Notes: a model not told the origin generated them from the letters alone. 64,000 bases of DNA from Eledone cirrhosa (GCA_964016885.1 OZ024743.1:104904001-104968000), one strand, 5' to 3'; numbered from the stretch's first letter, positions 16,900 to 30,783 are shown. Made by a program: numbers and translations.

Positions 16900-17591
16900 A
16901 GGTTTAGGGTTAGTGTTAGGTTTAGGTTTAGAGTTAGAGATTGGGTTTGGTGTTAGAGTTAGTGTTAGATTTAGGTTTAGGGCTAGAGATTGGGTTTGGT
17001 GTTAGGGTTAGTGTGAGGTTTAGGGTTAGATATTGGGTTTGGTGTTACGGTTAGTGTTAGGTTTAGGTATAGGGTTAGAGATTGGGTTTGGTGTTAGAGT
17101 TAGTGTTAGGTTTAGGTTTAGGTTTATGGTTAGAGATTGGGTTTGGTGTTAGGGTTAGTGTGAGGTTTAGGGTTAGATATTGGGTTTGGTGTTACGGTTA
17201 GTGTTAGGTTTAGGTTTAGGGTTAGTGTGTGGTTTGGTGTTAGTGTTAGGTTTAGGTTTAGGTTTAGGTTTAGGGTTAGAGATTGGGTTTGGTGTTAGGG
17301 TTAGTGTGAGGTTTAGGGTTAGATATTGGGTTTGGTGTTACGGTTAGTGTTAGGTTTAGGTTTAGGGTTAGAGATTGGGTTTAGTGTTAGAGTTAGTGTT
17401 AGGTTTAGGTTTAGGGTTAGTGTGAGGTTTGGTGTTAGGGTTAGTGTTAGGTTTAAGTTCAGGGTTAGCGATTGGGTTTGATGTTAGAGTTAGTGTTAGG
17501 TTTAAGTTTAGGGTTAGCGATTGGGTTTGGTGTTAGAGTTAGTGTTAGGTTTAGGTTTAGGGCTAGAAATTGCGTTTGGTGTTAGAGTTAG
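16900..17591 (+). repeat. Telomere-like (TTAGGG-derived) degenerate hexamer minisatellite
   Basis: Hexamers TTAGGG/TTAGGT/TTAGTG/TTAGAG/TTGGGT/TTGGTG in ~42-48 bp higher-order blocks. Confidence 0.85.
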
Positions 17592-17664
17592 AAACCTACC
17601 AGAAAATTAACAACCTTAGTAAAGAGCCAAAAACATCATTTGAAGACGACGTGAGAATGATCAT

Positions 17665-17802
17665 AATTGTTTCTACTTTTGGCACAAGGCCAGCAAATTA
17701 CATCAGTACATTACTGGTACTTTATTTTATCGGCCCCGTAAGGATGAAAGGCAAAGTTAACCTCGGCGGGATTTGAACTCAGACCGTAGAGGGACGTAAC
17801 TA
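17665..17802 (-). mobile_element. tRNA-derived SINE
   Basis: Same family core; B-box-like GAGTTCAAATCC on the minus strand. Confidence 0.85.
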
Positions 17803-18011
17803 TGAATGATGATACTGATGGCGAATATGATGACGATAACGATGTGGATGGTGATGACGACGGCGATGAGGACAGCGATGAGGACGGCGATGAGGACGGC
17901 GATGAGGACGGCGATGGTGGCGATGAGAATGAGAGTGATAATGATTACGATGACGACGACATAATGATAGTAATGAGAAAGGTAATTGTGATGATTATGA
18001 TGGTGATTACA

Positions 18012-18044
<33 letters not shown>

Positions 18045-18459
18045 ATAATGATGATGATGATGGTGATGACTAATGATGAAGAAGACCGACAATAAATGAT
18101 TTAACTCCAACAGTAATTAATGAACATAAATAAGCTACAACGACAACAACAATAACAACAATAGTAGCAGCAACAAGAACAACAACAACAGGTACGATGG
18201 TAGTAGTAGCAGTAGAAAAGCAGCATCAAAATAAAAATTTAAACCTACCAAGGAAAGGTTCTTAACTATTATTGTTGTCGTAGGGACGTTGTCTTGATGA
18301 AGGCCTGACTGAACATTAGGCATTTAAACCTGGCTGAGTCCATCAATCTCCAGGTTCGAACGCAGCCAATTTCATCCAGAGAAAGAGAGGGAGAGAGAGA
18401 GAGAGAGAGAGAGAGTGAGTGAGAGAGAGAGAGTGTGAGAGAGAGAGAGAGAGGGAGAG

Positions 18460-18539
<80 letters not shown>

Positions 18540-18567
18540 ATGATAGTGAGAAAGAGGAAGAACAAAC

Positions 18568-18680
18568 CCCAGTACTGGACTGGTTCTTTATTTATCGTCC
18601 CAGAAAGAGTGAAAACCAAGGTTGGCCTCGACGGGATTCGGACTTGGGATGCAGTGATTCAGAACTAAAACTCAGTAGGA
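18568..18680 (-). mobile_element. Diverged SINE fragment
   Basis: CCAGTACTGGACTGGTTCTTTATTTATCGTCCCAGAAAGAGTGAAA resembles the family core. Confidence 0.6.
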
Positions 18681-19662
18681 ATTTCCAATAGGAGAGTTTC
18701 ACTATTTGACACCATAGTGTTATACCTAGGCTGGTGGTTGAGGGCTAAATTGGGCTTCAACAACTGGTATTTGTTTTAGGTGACGCTTTAAGAATAGGGA
18801 AAAATACTTTGTCGACCATGGCGGTATTTCAACTACGAAAAGAAAACAAAATTCTACAACTGCAAAACTAAAATAAAAATAATAATAGAAGCAACAACTT
18901 TCAGGGTCCATTTTCAACAAGGACCCCCTCCCCCGCTTACTACTACCACATCACCACCATCGCCAAAGTGACATTATCTTTATCACCATGTTCACGGTGA
19001 TGATGAGTACAATCTTGACGATGATGATGATGGTGCTGTTAGTGATGATGATAATGAACTTCATCATCAACAGCAACAGCAGTAGTAGTAGTAGCAGTAG
19101 CAGCAGCAGTAGTAGCAGTAGCAGCCGCAATTCAAATCCATTAAGATATTCATTAAAATATCTAATATCCTTATCATCATCATCGTCATCACCATCGTCG
19201 TTGTCGTCTTCGTCGTCATCACCATTATCATCATCATCACCGTCGTCATCATCACCAACATCACCATCATCATCATCATCCTCTTCATCATCACCATCAT
19301 CATCATCATCATCATCATCAAATGCAATAACAAAGAAAAAAAAACAAACAAAAGCAGACATTAAAATTGAAAAGCAACATTTGATCTGTCATAGTAATAT
19401 TCTTTTTCTATCCGAAAAAATTATTATCTCCCCTTACCTCCACTCTCCTTTCCTCACATGTGTCCACTTCCTTTGCTTCTACCTCTTCTTTTAGGTTCTT
19501 TTTCATTATGATTATCGTAATCGTAATTAGCAGCAGCACCACCTTCGTTGTCACCACCACATCGACAACGGCGACCAATACCACCACCACCACCACCACC
19601 ATCATCACTACCGCTGCCTACATCATTATCATTATCATCCTAATTGACATCCACATAATTAT

Positions 19663-19695
<33 letters not shown>

Positions 19696-19887
19696 AATCA
19701 TCAATATAATTATTACCATCTGCATGATGGTGGATTGATTGTGACGGCAGAGCGTCGGATAAAATGCTTTGTAATATTTAATTATGGCTGTTTACATTCT
19801 CAGTTCAAATCCCGTCTTGATCGACCTTGCTTTTTAACAATCCACCACCACCACCACCACCACCACCACCACCGCAACCATCACCAT

Positions 19888-20075
19888 CATGTGTGTAGAA
19901 TGTCTCAGGAAAGAATCGCTGTACAGATTTTACGGGCAATTTTTTAACGAGCAAGATAGTTGATTACATCCATAAGCTCGGTTGGTCTTGCTTGGGGATC
20001 CATCCAGATTATTTGAAGGCGGTTGCTTCTGATAAGACTCTCTGGAAGACCTGCCTGAAGATTCTACTAAACAAA
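19888..20075 (+). pseudogene. Decayed LINE (RTE-like) C-terminal fragment
   Basis: HVCRMSQERIAVQIL resembles the GHVxRM..R..K..L motif near RTE ORF ends. Confidence 0.4.
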
Positions 20076-20633
20076 TAAGTGAGCGTAAAAGAAAAAGACG
20101 AGAAAGAAAAACAAATACAAGAAAATATCCAAATCATCATATGTAATTATCATACTTAATAGCTTTTCTTTTAGATTGTGTACTAATTTAAATACACGCG
20201 TGTTGTTAATGTTATATATCAAATATAAACATCTAAATTACTATGTATTTAAAAAGAAAATCTTTTTCATATCCACTAATATTTTCAATTGAGAAAGTAT
20301 ATAACTTGTAACTATTATAATAACTATGTCATCAAAAATGTGTCATTAATAATGTATTACTTAACTATTTATTTTCACACTTCAATAATTACTACGTTCA
20401 CTGGTTTGTTTTTCTTCTGAGTATTTATGTTTACTATATACTTGAAATAATTACTAAAAGTCTTTTACAATTTATTTGATTATATATATATATACATACT
20501 GGCATAAATATATCATTTATGCATATATATATATATATATAAATATATATATACATTTACTATATATGTGTGTTTATGTATACACATATCTATACGTGTA
20601 CATGTACATATATATCTATATATATATGTATAT

Positions 20634-20672
<39 letters not shown>

Positions 20673-20687
20673 CATATGCACATATTT

Positions 20688-20756
<69 letters not shown>

Positions 20757-21294
20757 CAAATTTAATGTATTTCAATATGTTATTACGAATATAAACTACC
20801 TAAAGTTTTGGAAAGTTTAAAAAAAAACAGAACTTATAACGTTTATATTTAAAAATTGAAGCATAGAATAACCATTAATTTTAAAATTGTAGCAATATGA
20901 TAAAATGAGCTCTTAAATGGATGGTTGGCGTATAAAATGGTGATGATAATGTAAACGGAAGAACTCTACTCTTAACAGTATATAAGATTGCTCTTGTTTA
21001 ATGCATGGTTATTCCTTATCCACAATACACAATGAAAGCTTTTCATAAGAATATTCAATTCATATATGTGGTGATCTTTCCTGAGTTTGAAGCTTGTGAT
21101 TTCATGACATGGCTGCTGCTTCAACGGGGCGCTGCCCCAACAACGCCACGCCCTAGGCCTAGAGCCCATCACCCTCCCTCTCCCCCATCCCATTCTTCTG
21201 TGACCCTAGAAGCCATTGCCTCTCCCTTCATTTTCCGTTTTTAAATATTTGAAGTATTGCTTTTCTTGATTTTAAAAGTGTAAATGTCTTAGAA

Positions 21295-21613
21295 CAGGGG
21301 CTTGCAAGAGGCGGCCCGTGGGCCACAATCCGATCCGCCAGACCAGTCAGATTGAGCCATGGTGACCGTTTTTAATTTGTACCTTGTAGACTTATTTAGA
21401 ATTTAATTCGTAAACGTAATACAATTTTCTGTTAGTTGACCTATACTAAACGGCTTAACTGATAGGGTTATGTGTGTTATATTTTCCCAGTTCCATGTTA
21501 TGGAAAGAAGTTGTGGTGTATCTTTGGAATAATGCTTAATAAATATGAATGGCCCTAATAGTTGTTCCAATGTTCAAAAGTGACCCGCCAATAGAGTATG
21601 TTGCACACCACTG
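21295..21613. mobile_element. hAT (Charlie/Buster-type) MITE with 8-bp TSD
   Basis: TCTTAGAA at 21287-21294 and 21614-21621 flanks imperfect TIRs CAGGGGCTTGCAA / TTGCACACCACTG. Confidence 0.85.
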
Positions 21614-21819
21614 TCTTAGAAGAAAAATTGATTGTTACATCTCTCTGTATCGCTGACTGTCTTCATTTCAAGACACATTTATTGTCTGATTAAATAAAAA
21701 CACAAATTTTGGTTGAGAACTATCTGCTCTTTACATACACAGAAGTCAGATGGAACTGAGATGGTCTTTGTACGATGTACGGGGCCAGTTCTTTAAAGTT
21801 GACTAACAAGTTCAACTCC

Positions 21820-21930
21820 TTTTGTACCAGCTGAGTGGATTGGTGCAACGTAGAAAACGCCCCACCAGGAAGCGAACTCACCAAAATTACGATCGTGAGC
21901 CGAATATCCTAACCACGAAGCCACACACTT
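21820..21930 (-). mobile_element. Second tRNA-derived SINE family, decayed
   Basis: Minus strand reads GTGTGGCTTCGTGGTTAGG...GTGAGTTCGCTTCCTGG (A/B-box-like); related to 43954-44070. Confidence 0.55.
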
Positions 21931-22345
21931 TCTAGAATCTAAAGTACGTGAGATTCAAATTAAAGTCTTACAATGCATTTTTGTTGTTAGCAAGCACTAA
22001 GTGTTACCCCAGTGACACCTAAATTTATATAATTATAACCAAACTATCCTATGTAATTATTTCAATTAATAAGTTTCAATTAATTTATGTATTAATTTAA
22101 ATATACGACGGTTATAAATATTATATATCAAGTCTATACATCTAAATTACTTTGTATCAAAATATTGTAGATGCATAAACTAGAAAGATGGGAAAACATA
22201 TGAATAATGTATAACATTACTTATATTCACGCTTGAAATATTCATGTGTAGTTAGCATGCAGAATATTAATCTAAATGAGTGTGGATATAAGTACAGATG
22301 TGTTTATATATAGGGTCTCAAGTGTATGTATCTATATACATACAT

Positions 22346-22415
<70 letters not shown>

Positions 22416-22419
<4 letters not shown>

Positions 22420-23500
22420 GGAAAAAATGAAACGAAATTTCATTTCCCACTCTTAGTACGGCTGTTACTTAAATATAAGTATGTACACGTACATACATAT
22501 ATGCATACAGACGTACAGTAGTATGTATATATATATATACATACATGCACACATATATATATGTACGTATGGATTCACCGAACATTTATTATAATGCTTG
22601 GTGAGTTTGTAAACAAACATCCCGTATTAAGCCGCAGTGTCTAGCAACCACCGTTTCTCGTTTGTTCAACACTGATAAAGGAACGCTGTAGCAGTTTCAA
22701 GCTTATTAGCTATCGTCAGCAACGTATACCTTCCTGCCAGATTGTTGAACGTATATACTTACCTTATGCATATTAACGGCTGAGTAGCACAATTTGCATA
22801 TCGAGTGGGTTAATCGGCCGGGTGCACCGAAAACGATAAACGGAAAAAATGAAACGAAATTTCATTTCCCACCCTTAGTAGGGCTGTTACTTAAATATAA
22901 GTATGTACACGTACATATATATATATATATATATATGTATACAGACGTACAGTAATTGTGATAAATGTTCGGTGAATCCATACGTACATATATATATATA
23001 TATATATATGTGTGCATGTATGTATATGTATATACATACTACTGTACGTCTGTATGCATATATGTATGTACGTGTACATACTTATATTTAAGTAACAGCC
23101 CTACTAAGAGTGGGAAATGAAATTTCGTTTCATTTTTTCCGTTTATCGTTTTCGGTGCACCCGGCCGATTGGCCCACTCGATATGCAAATTGTGCTACTC
23201 AGCCGTTAATATGCATAAGGTAAGTATATACGTTCAACAATCTGGCAGGAAAGTATACGTTGCTGACGATAGCTAATAAGCTTGAAACTGCTACAGCGTT
23301 CCTTTATCAGTGTTGAACAAACGAGCAACGATGGTTGCTGGACACTACGGCTTAATACGGGATGTTTGTTTACAAGCACACCGAGCGTTGTGATAAATGT
23401 TCGGTGAATCCATATGTACATATATATATGTGTGCATGTATGTATATGTATATACATACTACTGTACGTCTGTATGCATATATGTATGTACATGTACATA

Positions 23501-23505
<5 letters not shown>
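22416..23505. mobile_element. ORF-less HHR element family B: 422-bp partial tandem plus inverted copy
   Basis: AAACGGAAAAAATG at 22416 and 22838; reverse-complement copy ~22957-23505; HHR folds at 22683-22725(-) and 23257-23299(+). Confidence 0.8.
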
Positions 23506-23549
<44 letters not shown>

Positions 23550-23552
<3 letters not shown>

Positions 23553-23735
23553 TTTAACCGGGTTCAATCGGGGGTAACCACAGTAAGTAAGGTTCTCAAT
23601 ACTTAGAAGAGTATAAATAATATTTAATATAGAAATGGTTTCTACGGGACTAGAACTGTTTCATTCTGGAGAAATCATCAGGAAGCTTCCTGTTGATTTC
23701 TCCCGAACGAAACAGTTCTAGTACTGTAGATATCA
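23550..23735 (-). mobile_element. HHR family C pLTR-like end with fold-back at AAGCTT
   Basis: Minus-strand GCTTC-CTGATGA-TTTCTCCAGAAT-GAAA at ~23638-23686, mirrored by a decayed plus arm to ~23730; 3' part homologous to 31620-31696. Confidence 0.75.
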
Positions 23736-23745
23736 TTTCTATATA

Positions 23746-23838
<93 letters not shown>

Positions 23839-23839
23839 A

Positions 23840-23878
<39 letters not shown>

Positions 23879-24600
23879 AATATTATATATATATACAAAA
23901 AGTTATGAAACGAAACTAGCTGTGTGGTTACTAAAGACAAGGTTTAGGATGGTGGTTAGGACGGAACAGGAGGAGAAAGGAAGAAAGGAGTTTCCATCGT
24001 CAGCTGTAAATGTTTACCGAACCGATGTTTCGGCGCTGAATTACAGGACATCGGTGTAATTCGAATATGCATACATACATGTGTATATATTAATATATAT
24101 ATAATATGCATTCATACGTAAAGACATACACACATGCATACATAATCACACACACACATAAACACATATTTCATTTGTTATCAATATACTATTGTAATAT
24201 ACAAGCATTTTCTGTTTAGGTGACCTACCTCTCCTAAATTTTATGTATCTTTTATATATCTTTTAAAGAAACTCTGATGAAACAAGTGAAATAAAGTTAA
24301 TATATATTGAGAATATTTTTGGTTCATGTTGGATAACTAATATATGGGTTTACTACCATATACTGCAATCTTACTTAATCGAGAATCTTTGACTAACTGT
24401 ATTTTTACATCATATTTCCTTGGTGGAAACGCGAGTAAGACAAATAAAAATGTTGTAAATTGTGTCTGAACGCTTGTATTTTATATATATATATTCTATA
24501 TTCCGGTGAAGGACTGGCGTCCAAAATTTAGGACTTTTTTTCTCGTTGACATTCCGCCTATATATAATATATATATATATATATATAGAATATAGAACTG

Positions 24601-24649
24601 GCTTCTACAGGACTAGAACTGTTTCATTCTGGAGAAATCATCAGGAAGC
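24601..24649 (-). ncRNA. Type I hammerhead ribozyme (family C)
   Basis: GCTTC-CTGATGA-TTTC TCCA GAAT-GAAA-CAG TTCTAGTC CTG-TA-GAAGC: stem I 5 bp, stem III 4 bp, GUA site. Confidence 0.8.
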
Positions 24650-24667
24650 CTCTTACTGAAATCATCC

Positions 24668-24843
24668 GTATCGGTAGAGGGTTGGATGTCATGCTTTCTA
24701 GCATAGTTACGTCCCTTTACGGTCTGAGTTCAAATCTCATCGAGGTTAATTTTTTGCCTTTCATCCTTACGAGGTCGATAAAATAAAAGTACCAGTAATG
24801 TACTGGTAAATTGCTGGCCTTGTGCCAAAAGTAGAAACAATTA
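24668..24843 (+). mobile_element. tRNA-derived SINE
   Basis: GTATCGGTAGAG...GAGTTCAAATC...family core...GGCCTTGTGCCAAAAGTAGAAACAA. Confidence 0.88.
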
Positions 24844-25614
24844 TATGGAGTGGTGAGAACAATTACACGCAAAGACAAAACGACGTTTATGGCATAGATG
24901 AATTCGTAGACTACATTGTATCTAGGAAACCGAATGATTCTCGGCTTCAGAGTTAAGAATAAAGTAAATAAATTACAGAGGTTATGAAATCAACAAAATT
25001 AAATATATACATGCCCGCATCCATATACGTACATACACATGCATACGCGGAAACACCCGCCATGGGTATGCAAATACAGGCACGTACACAAAAACACACG
25101 CGCACATACAGAACCCACGCAACGCCTGTACCCGCACACATACGAACGTATACACCAAGTACACATAAAAATATATATAAAAAAATATATATATATGTGT
25201 GTGTGTGTGTGCGTGTATCCATATAATTATATAAACGTATATAAACATACACATATAAATACGTATATAACGTGCGCACACACATACCTACATGTAAATA
25301 CACATATGTTCGCTAAACGTACGCCGACCAAAACACAAACTATACATATACACACACCCTACATAGTGCAAATCCGCATACATACACAAATGCAAAACTC
25401 ACGTATACACATAACCATATACACATGTACCAGTATATATAATATAATATATACGCCTATAATAAATACAAGCATATATACGTACGAGAAAGTATACGTA
25501 TCTTCACAAAACATACAAGTAATATATACTTACCTATACAAATAAGTAATGGTATAAACATAAAATATACTTAGCTACCACATCAAGACGTAAATTATCC
25601 GCGTATAGTTCGTA

Positions 25615-27735
25615 CTATCCGTTAGGGTATAATGTGGGGCTGTAATACAGGAAGGTTTTGTGCAATTTATGTTTACAAGCCAAAATTGCCTCAGATTTTT
25701 TGTTTAAGATGTGGTCATTGGCGTAGAGTATTTCCAGGGATTCAGCGGAGCAGTGGTCACATGGTCTTTTATTTCCGTTATACGATCTAGCCTTAGCTAA
25801 GATCTCCCAGTGTAACCTATATTGGGTGTGGTTGTCTTTTAGACTCCAGATATAAGCTGAAAGTGACGTCATATTCCTTCTTAAAGGGTTAAAAAAGAAT
25901 GGGTAAGCATGTAAAGACGCTGCTTGAATCTATTGGCGGTTAACCCTATGTAGGCCCTACGGGACGTGGTTGTGTCAACCTTACATTTGTATACAATGTT
26001 ACTAGAGAGGCATTTCCCGAATAGGGGGCAGTCAACCCGATTCCTACAATTACAGTTAGTACTAGCTACATGGTTTTATACGTGTTCATACGGCTAGATA
26101 ATTTAGCTAAATTTGAAGCAGTGATGTTATGTGCAAGGTTAGGAGTTGTAGAGCAAGACATTTTAAAGGTATTTCTATTAAAAATGTTATTATGCTGGGG
26201 GGAAATGCTTCATAATAAGGGAAAGAAAGATCTTAGCTAATGGTGTGGCCACCTCCATATTATATGGTAGGTTATACCATATAATGCGTCGGGATCTATT
26301 TTTCTTAGGTCTATGCTCATACTGGGTATATGCTACCTTATAGACAAATACATTCCGAGCAGGAGCTTCATTGTAATATGTGGAATGGTCGGTGAAAATA
26401 TGCTCGTTTGTAGATAGACGGGAAAGCCTCAAAGAAACGTTTCTTACCAGGTTCTTGGTTATGCTGGCAGGATGGTTAGAATGTTTACTTATGTAATTAG
26501 ATGTATCATTCGGCTTTCTATACGGGTAGTGCAAGCTATTCGATAAATTGAGGGTAATGTCGAGGTAATTAACGACTGAGAGGTTGTCCTCAACCTGTAT
26601 GGAGAGGTTGAAGCCTTTAACGAAGGCTGTGAGTTCTTTTCTGAATCTATCGCAAGCCCGTGGGCCGCACTTTCTCATGGGCAAAAGACCGTCATCACGG
26701 TACAAACCACCGCCCACGTTGGGGAATTCTTCCTTGATAGAGAAAAGAAGGAAAAGGCCGATAAGATCAGTAACCTCCGCAGAATCGCTGGCGCCCACAC
26801 TCACGTCGAATGGGGTACTATTAGATTTTTAAATCCAAATAGAGTCGTCGAAATTAATCACCGACTTACGGGCATTGAGGATGACATCATCTCCGAAATC
26901 CTTAACCACCGTGAGCGTTTTAGCGAAATTGATAGCTCTAAGAAGCAGTGGTAAAGTGATGGAGGAGTATTAATTATTGATGTCGAATTGGATAAAACGG
27001 CAATGTTCCTTGTTGCATATGCCGTTGAACCAATCAATCACCGCGAAAGAATTGTTCCGCAGTGCAAGAGGGGCCAAGCTTCTAATTTCAGGTATAATTC
27101 TATCTAAAATCCTTTTACTAAGTCTACCTAAATCGGACTTCGTAGGGTTAATAAGCCGAATAGAGGGGTTGTTCGGGAAATTGGATTTGTGATCCTTCAG
27201 GGTAAAGTGGGAGAAATAGGGTCCAGAGGTTCAGTCCGGTCCAGGATGTTGAGATCAGAGGTGATTTTAAACCCAGCATCGTTGATGTCATTAATGACAC
27301 TCCAATTAGTTTTACAGTAACCCTTAGTTTCAGCATTATGTAGAAGTTGATGGTAAGTATTGTGTTCCACTTGATATAGATTGCCAGTTTTGTTGGAGTG
27401 GACGTGCACGGCATTAGAATCCTTAATAGAACGAATTCTATTCTTCATGTCCTGCTGGAAGGAATTACTCCTATTCCGAAATTTGATACTCCGTATGAAT
27501 TCCAAGACATCATTTTCGAAGGGTAGCAAAGCTGGGTTACACGGAGGGTTATTGTAGGTTTTAAACCCAAATTTATCATGTTTGTTGTCCGCTTTTCCCT
27601 GATTATCGAAATAAAAGGCACGCCAACGCAACCTTTTAATGAACGAGTCTGTTTTCTGTATCAGGAGTTTTAGGTATGTCTTCCTGCTTGGTACGGGAAT
27701 GTTCTTTGTAGAAATATTCAGATGTTGTTTCAGAA
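25615..27735 (-). pseudogene. Second Naiad-type PLE, full-length ORF broken by stops and frameshifts
   Basis: STKNIPVP..FIKRLRWRAFYFD, HSNKTGNLY, IRLINPTKSDLG, GASDSAEVTDLIGL, GLYRDDG, NYLDITL, CNCRNRVDCPL, CDHC..E, CKH. Confidence 0.9.
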
Positions 27736-27779
27736 TGATGAATATAAGTCAATAGAGTGCTTAACCGAGGGAGCCAAAT

Positions 27780-27968
27780 AGTAATAATAATAGATTTGAA
27801 GACTAAAATCCAAAGAGGGCTCGATAAGGATAAATATATATCAAATATATAAGAACCGTAGAGCAACAAAATAACAGATTAAAGTTTAAGCAAAGAATCG
27901 GTGCTTTCATCCTTAACGGGATCTTTTGAAACTAAAAAAATCAATCTGTGAACGCAGAAGTAAATATT

Positions 27969-27972
<4 letters not shown>
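27780..27972 (-). mobile_element. Upstream pLTR of Naiad copy 2 with decayed family D HHR
   Basis: Same sequence as 31801-31966; core reads CAAAAGA...GAAAGC; lies directly 5' of the ORF, as expected for PLE tandem organisation. Confidence 0.7.
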
Positions 27973-28049
<77 letters not shown>

Positions 28050-28190
28050 ATACTTGGGGAGGGTCATATTGTTGTAATAATATTGCCAGAAATAATAACG
28101 GAACACACACACTGTTTGGTTGGTTTTCGCTTCTGTATCTTTTATATCTCCATAGTTAATCATACAGGATTTCATATGAAAAAACCTTGC

Positions 28191-28305
<115 letters not shown>

Positions 28306-28314
28306 GTATATATA

Positions 28315-28355
<41 letters not shown>

Positions 28356-28415
28356 GAAAACACAGGTAAGCATTAAGAGAAGGATTTTATCCAGGTATTT
28401 ATGACCGTTCCCTAA

Positions 28416-28454
<39 letters not shown>

Positions 28455-28457
<3 letters not shown>

Positions 28458-29095
28458 CATAAAACATGTCTTTAGAATCACTAGATATAATATATACCAT
28501 TTCCTCTCCCAATAAGCATAATTAACCATATAAAAAATCAATTGGACCAAGCTATAAGAATAAAGGCTTCTATGAAGAAATTTCCGACAAATAACCGAAA
28601 GCAGCGCCTTCGCGGCGGCTACGATGGAATATTTAACGAACATTTCGACAGCATGTAGAAATCGACGATTCTTAGCCATTTTTGAATGTATTTTTGGCGC
28701 GATCGCTTTGGAAAATTAATTGTCTAATTTTGAGCTCACTAGTGATGAATCTGAAACTCTGGACATTCCCTGTTATCGGATGTCTTAAAATACGGATGAA
28801 ACCATGGTAGAGGTAATTAAATATGTACGCATTTCTTCTGAGTTTATTTTACACCTAATTGTATTTAGTTGACTGTATGTCTGGTCGATTTCTACATGCT
28901 GTCGAAATATTCGATAAATACTCCGTCGTAACCGCCGCGAAGGGGCTGCTTTCGGTTATTTGTCGGAGATTTCTTCATAGGAGCCTTTATTCTTATAGCT
29001 TGGTCTAATTGATTTTTTATATGGTTAATTATGCTAATTGGGAGACGAAATGGTATATATTATATCTAGTGATTCTAAAGACATGTTTTATGATA
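28455..29095. repeat. Inverted repeat, ~210 bp arms with ~215 bp spacer, between (TA)n tracts
   Basis: CATAAAACATGTCTTTAGAATCACTAG...GTAGAAATCGAC is mirrored at 28884-29092. Confidence 0.9.
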
Positions 29096-30203
29096 TATAG
29101 CTCTGATTATTTAATTTATTAATTCTTCATTGAGCCACAACGTGACCCGTTGCAAAACACATATATATCTATGACTTTATATATATGTAAACCTTTATAT
29201 ATATATATATATATATATGTGCGTGTGTATGTGTGTGTGTATTTGTAGTATCATTCGTAGGGGTCGAAACTGCCGATGTCCACCTTCACGGCCGATGACC
29301 GTGGAGTTCTTTGTCCGTTTGTATTTTTATTTTTAAAATTAAGGTTTCTTAGGATAAGGTTTTTCTTTTGCTTCTAGGCATATAATTGTATACATATGTA
29401 TATTTCATTCAACACTTTATCCTGTCAATCCCACCAACATTTTTCACTATCCCCCTCCCCTACATTCACCCACACATTCACCACCTGCCTTTCACTGACC
29501 AGTTAAATTTCTATAGCTAAATTACTATTTTCTATGGCTACGCCCACTACTACCCTTTTTCGCCTTCTTCTTCCATCCCACCACTGCCACCACCACCCTG
29601 TCCATCTAATAGTTACCCTTATAACAGTTTAGTAAAGTCCAGAAAATTAATAACATTACCCATTTGTATTGTTAGTTTTCCCGTACATTAACAGCATTAA
29701 GGAATGTGTGTGTGGTGCGGTAAATAAATATATATACATATACACCAGGTTCGAACACAAAGGAACCAAACTCCCACTGTGACTGCCTCCGTATTTCCCG
29801 CTCTCCCAACGCTCATTATTATGGGCAAATGGGGGCCCATGCGCTGGTCGCCCTACGGCCCCGGCGGACAGATTAAATAAAGCGTTTCCTCCGAGAATGG
29901 CGAGGGTGCTGTGCTGGAAGAGCCGAATCCCCTCACAATTAAATCCTTTTCCTCTCACCCAAGTCTTCCTTATTTATACAGTATCTTCCATTGAAACGTT
30001 AGTTCTTCTCTGATGACCCTGAAGTAAACAAGCGAATTTCGAGAGTAACAAGTCTCACTTTTTTGCCTTAATATAAATGAATATTAAAACACTACTTCAG
30101 TATTGCGTACTCCTTCCTCTTAACTCTTAACCACATACGGATATATATATATGTAAAATATTGCCTCCTGTGTGTTGTTTCTTTCATTATTAACTATATA
30201 TAG

Positions 30204-30390
30204 AGCGGTGGATTGGCAGTATCGGTAGAGGGTCGGACGTCATGCTTTCTAACATAGAGTTACGGCCCTTTCCATTCTGAGCTCAAATCCCGCCGACGTC
30301 AACTTTGCCTTTCATCCTTACGGGGTCGATAAAATAAAGTACCAGTAATGTACTGGTTAATTGCTGGCCTTGTGCCAAAAGTAGAAACAA

Positions 30391-30392
<2 letters not shown>
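30204..30392 (+). mobile_element. Full-length tRNA-derived SINE
   Basis: A-box-like TGGCAGTATCGG, B-box-like GAGCTCAAATCC, and a central core resembling the Meta/Sauria-type SINE domain (by recall). Confidence 0.9.
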
Positions 30393-30425
<33 letters not shown>

Positions 30426-30428
<3 letters not shown>

Positions 30429-30607
30429 AATTGAGGTTGGTAATGGCACATGGAATATATAAGAGACAGAATACTTTTTTGTGAAAAAACATAATTTTAT
30501 AAGGTAAGGAAATAATAAAGGGTATAAAAAATGACCGGTTTCGATGGGTCTGCAAAAGCCATCTTTTCAAATGTTGATTAATATTAAGAAAAAATTAATA
30601 ATACGAA

Positions 30608-30689
<82 letters not shown>

Positions 30690-30748
30690 ATGTATGTGTG
30701 TATCTGGATGTATGTGTATGTATATATATGTGTGTGTGTGTGTATGTG

Positions 30749-30783
<35 letters not shown>

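Noticed and set aside
18285-18345. TTGATGA-stem-TAAAC
   Set aside because: Both core strands are mutated and there is no stem I.
24270-24320. CTGATGA..GAAA
   Set aside because: No supportable stems I-III.
29258-29305. GAAAC..GTC..CCGATGA as a type II HHR
   Set aside because: Stem II overlaps the core and stem I does not pair.
30005-30050. CTGATGA...GAAT motif
   Set aside because: GAAA is lost and stems are poor; at best a relic.
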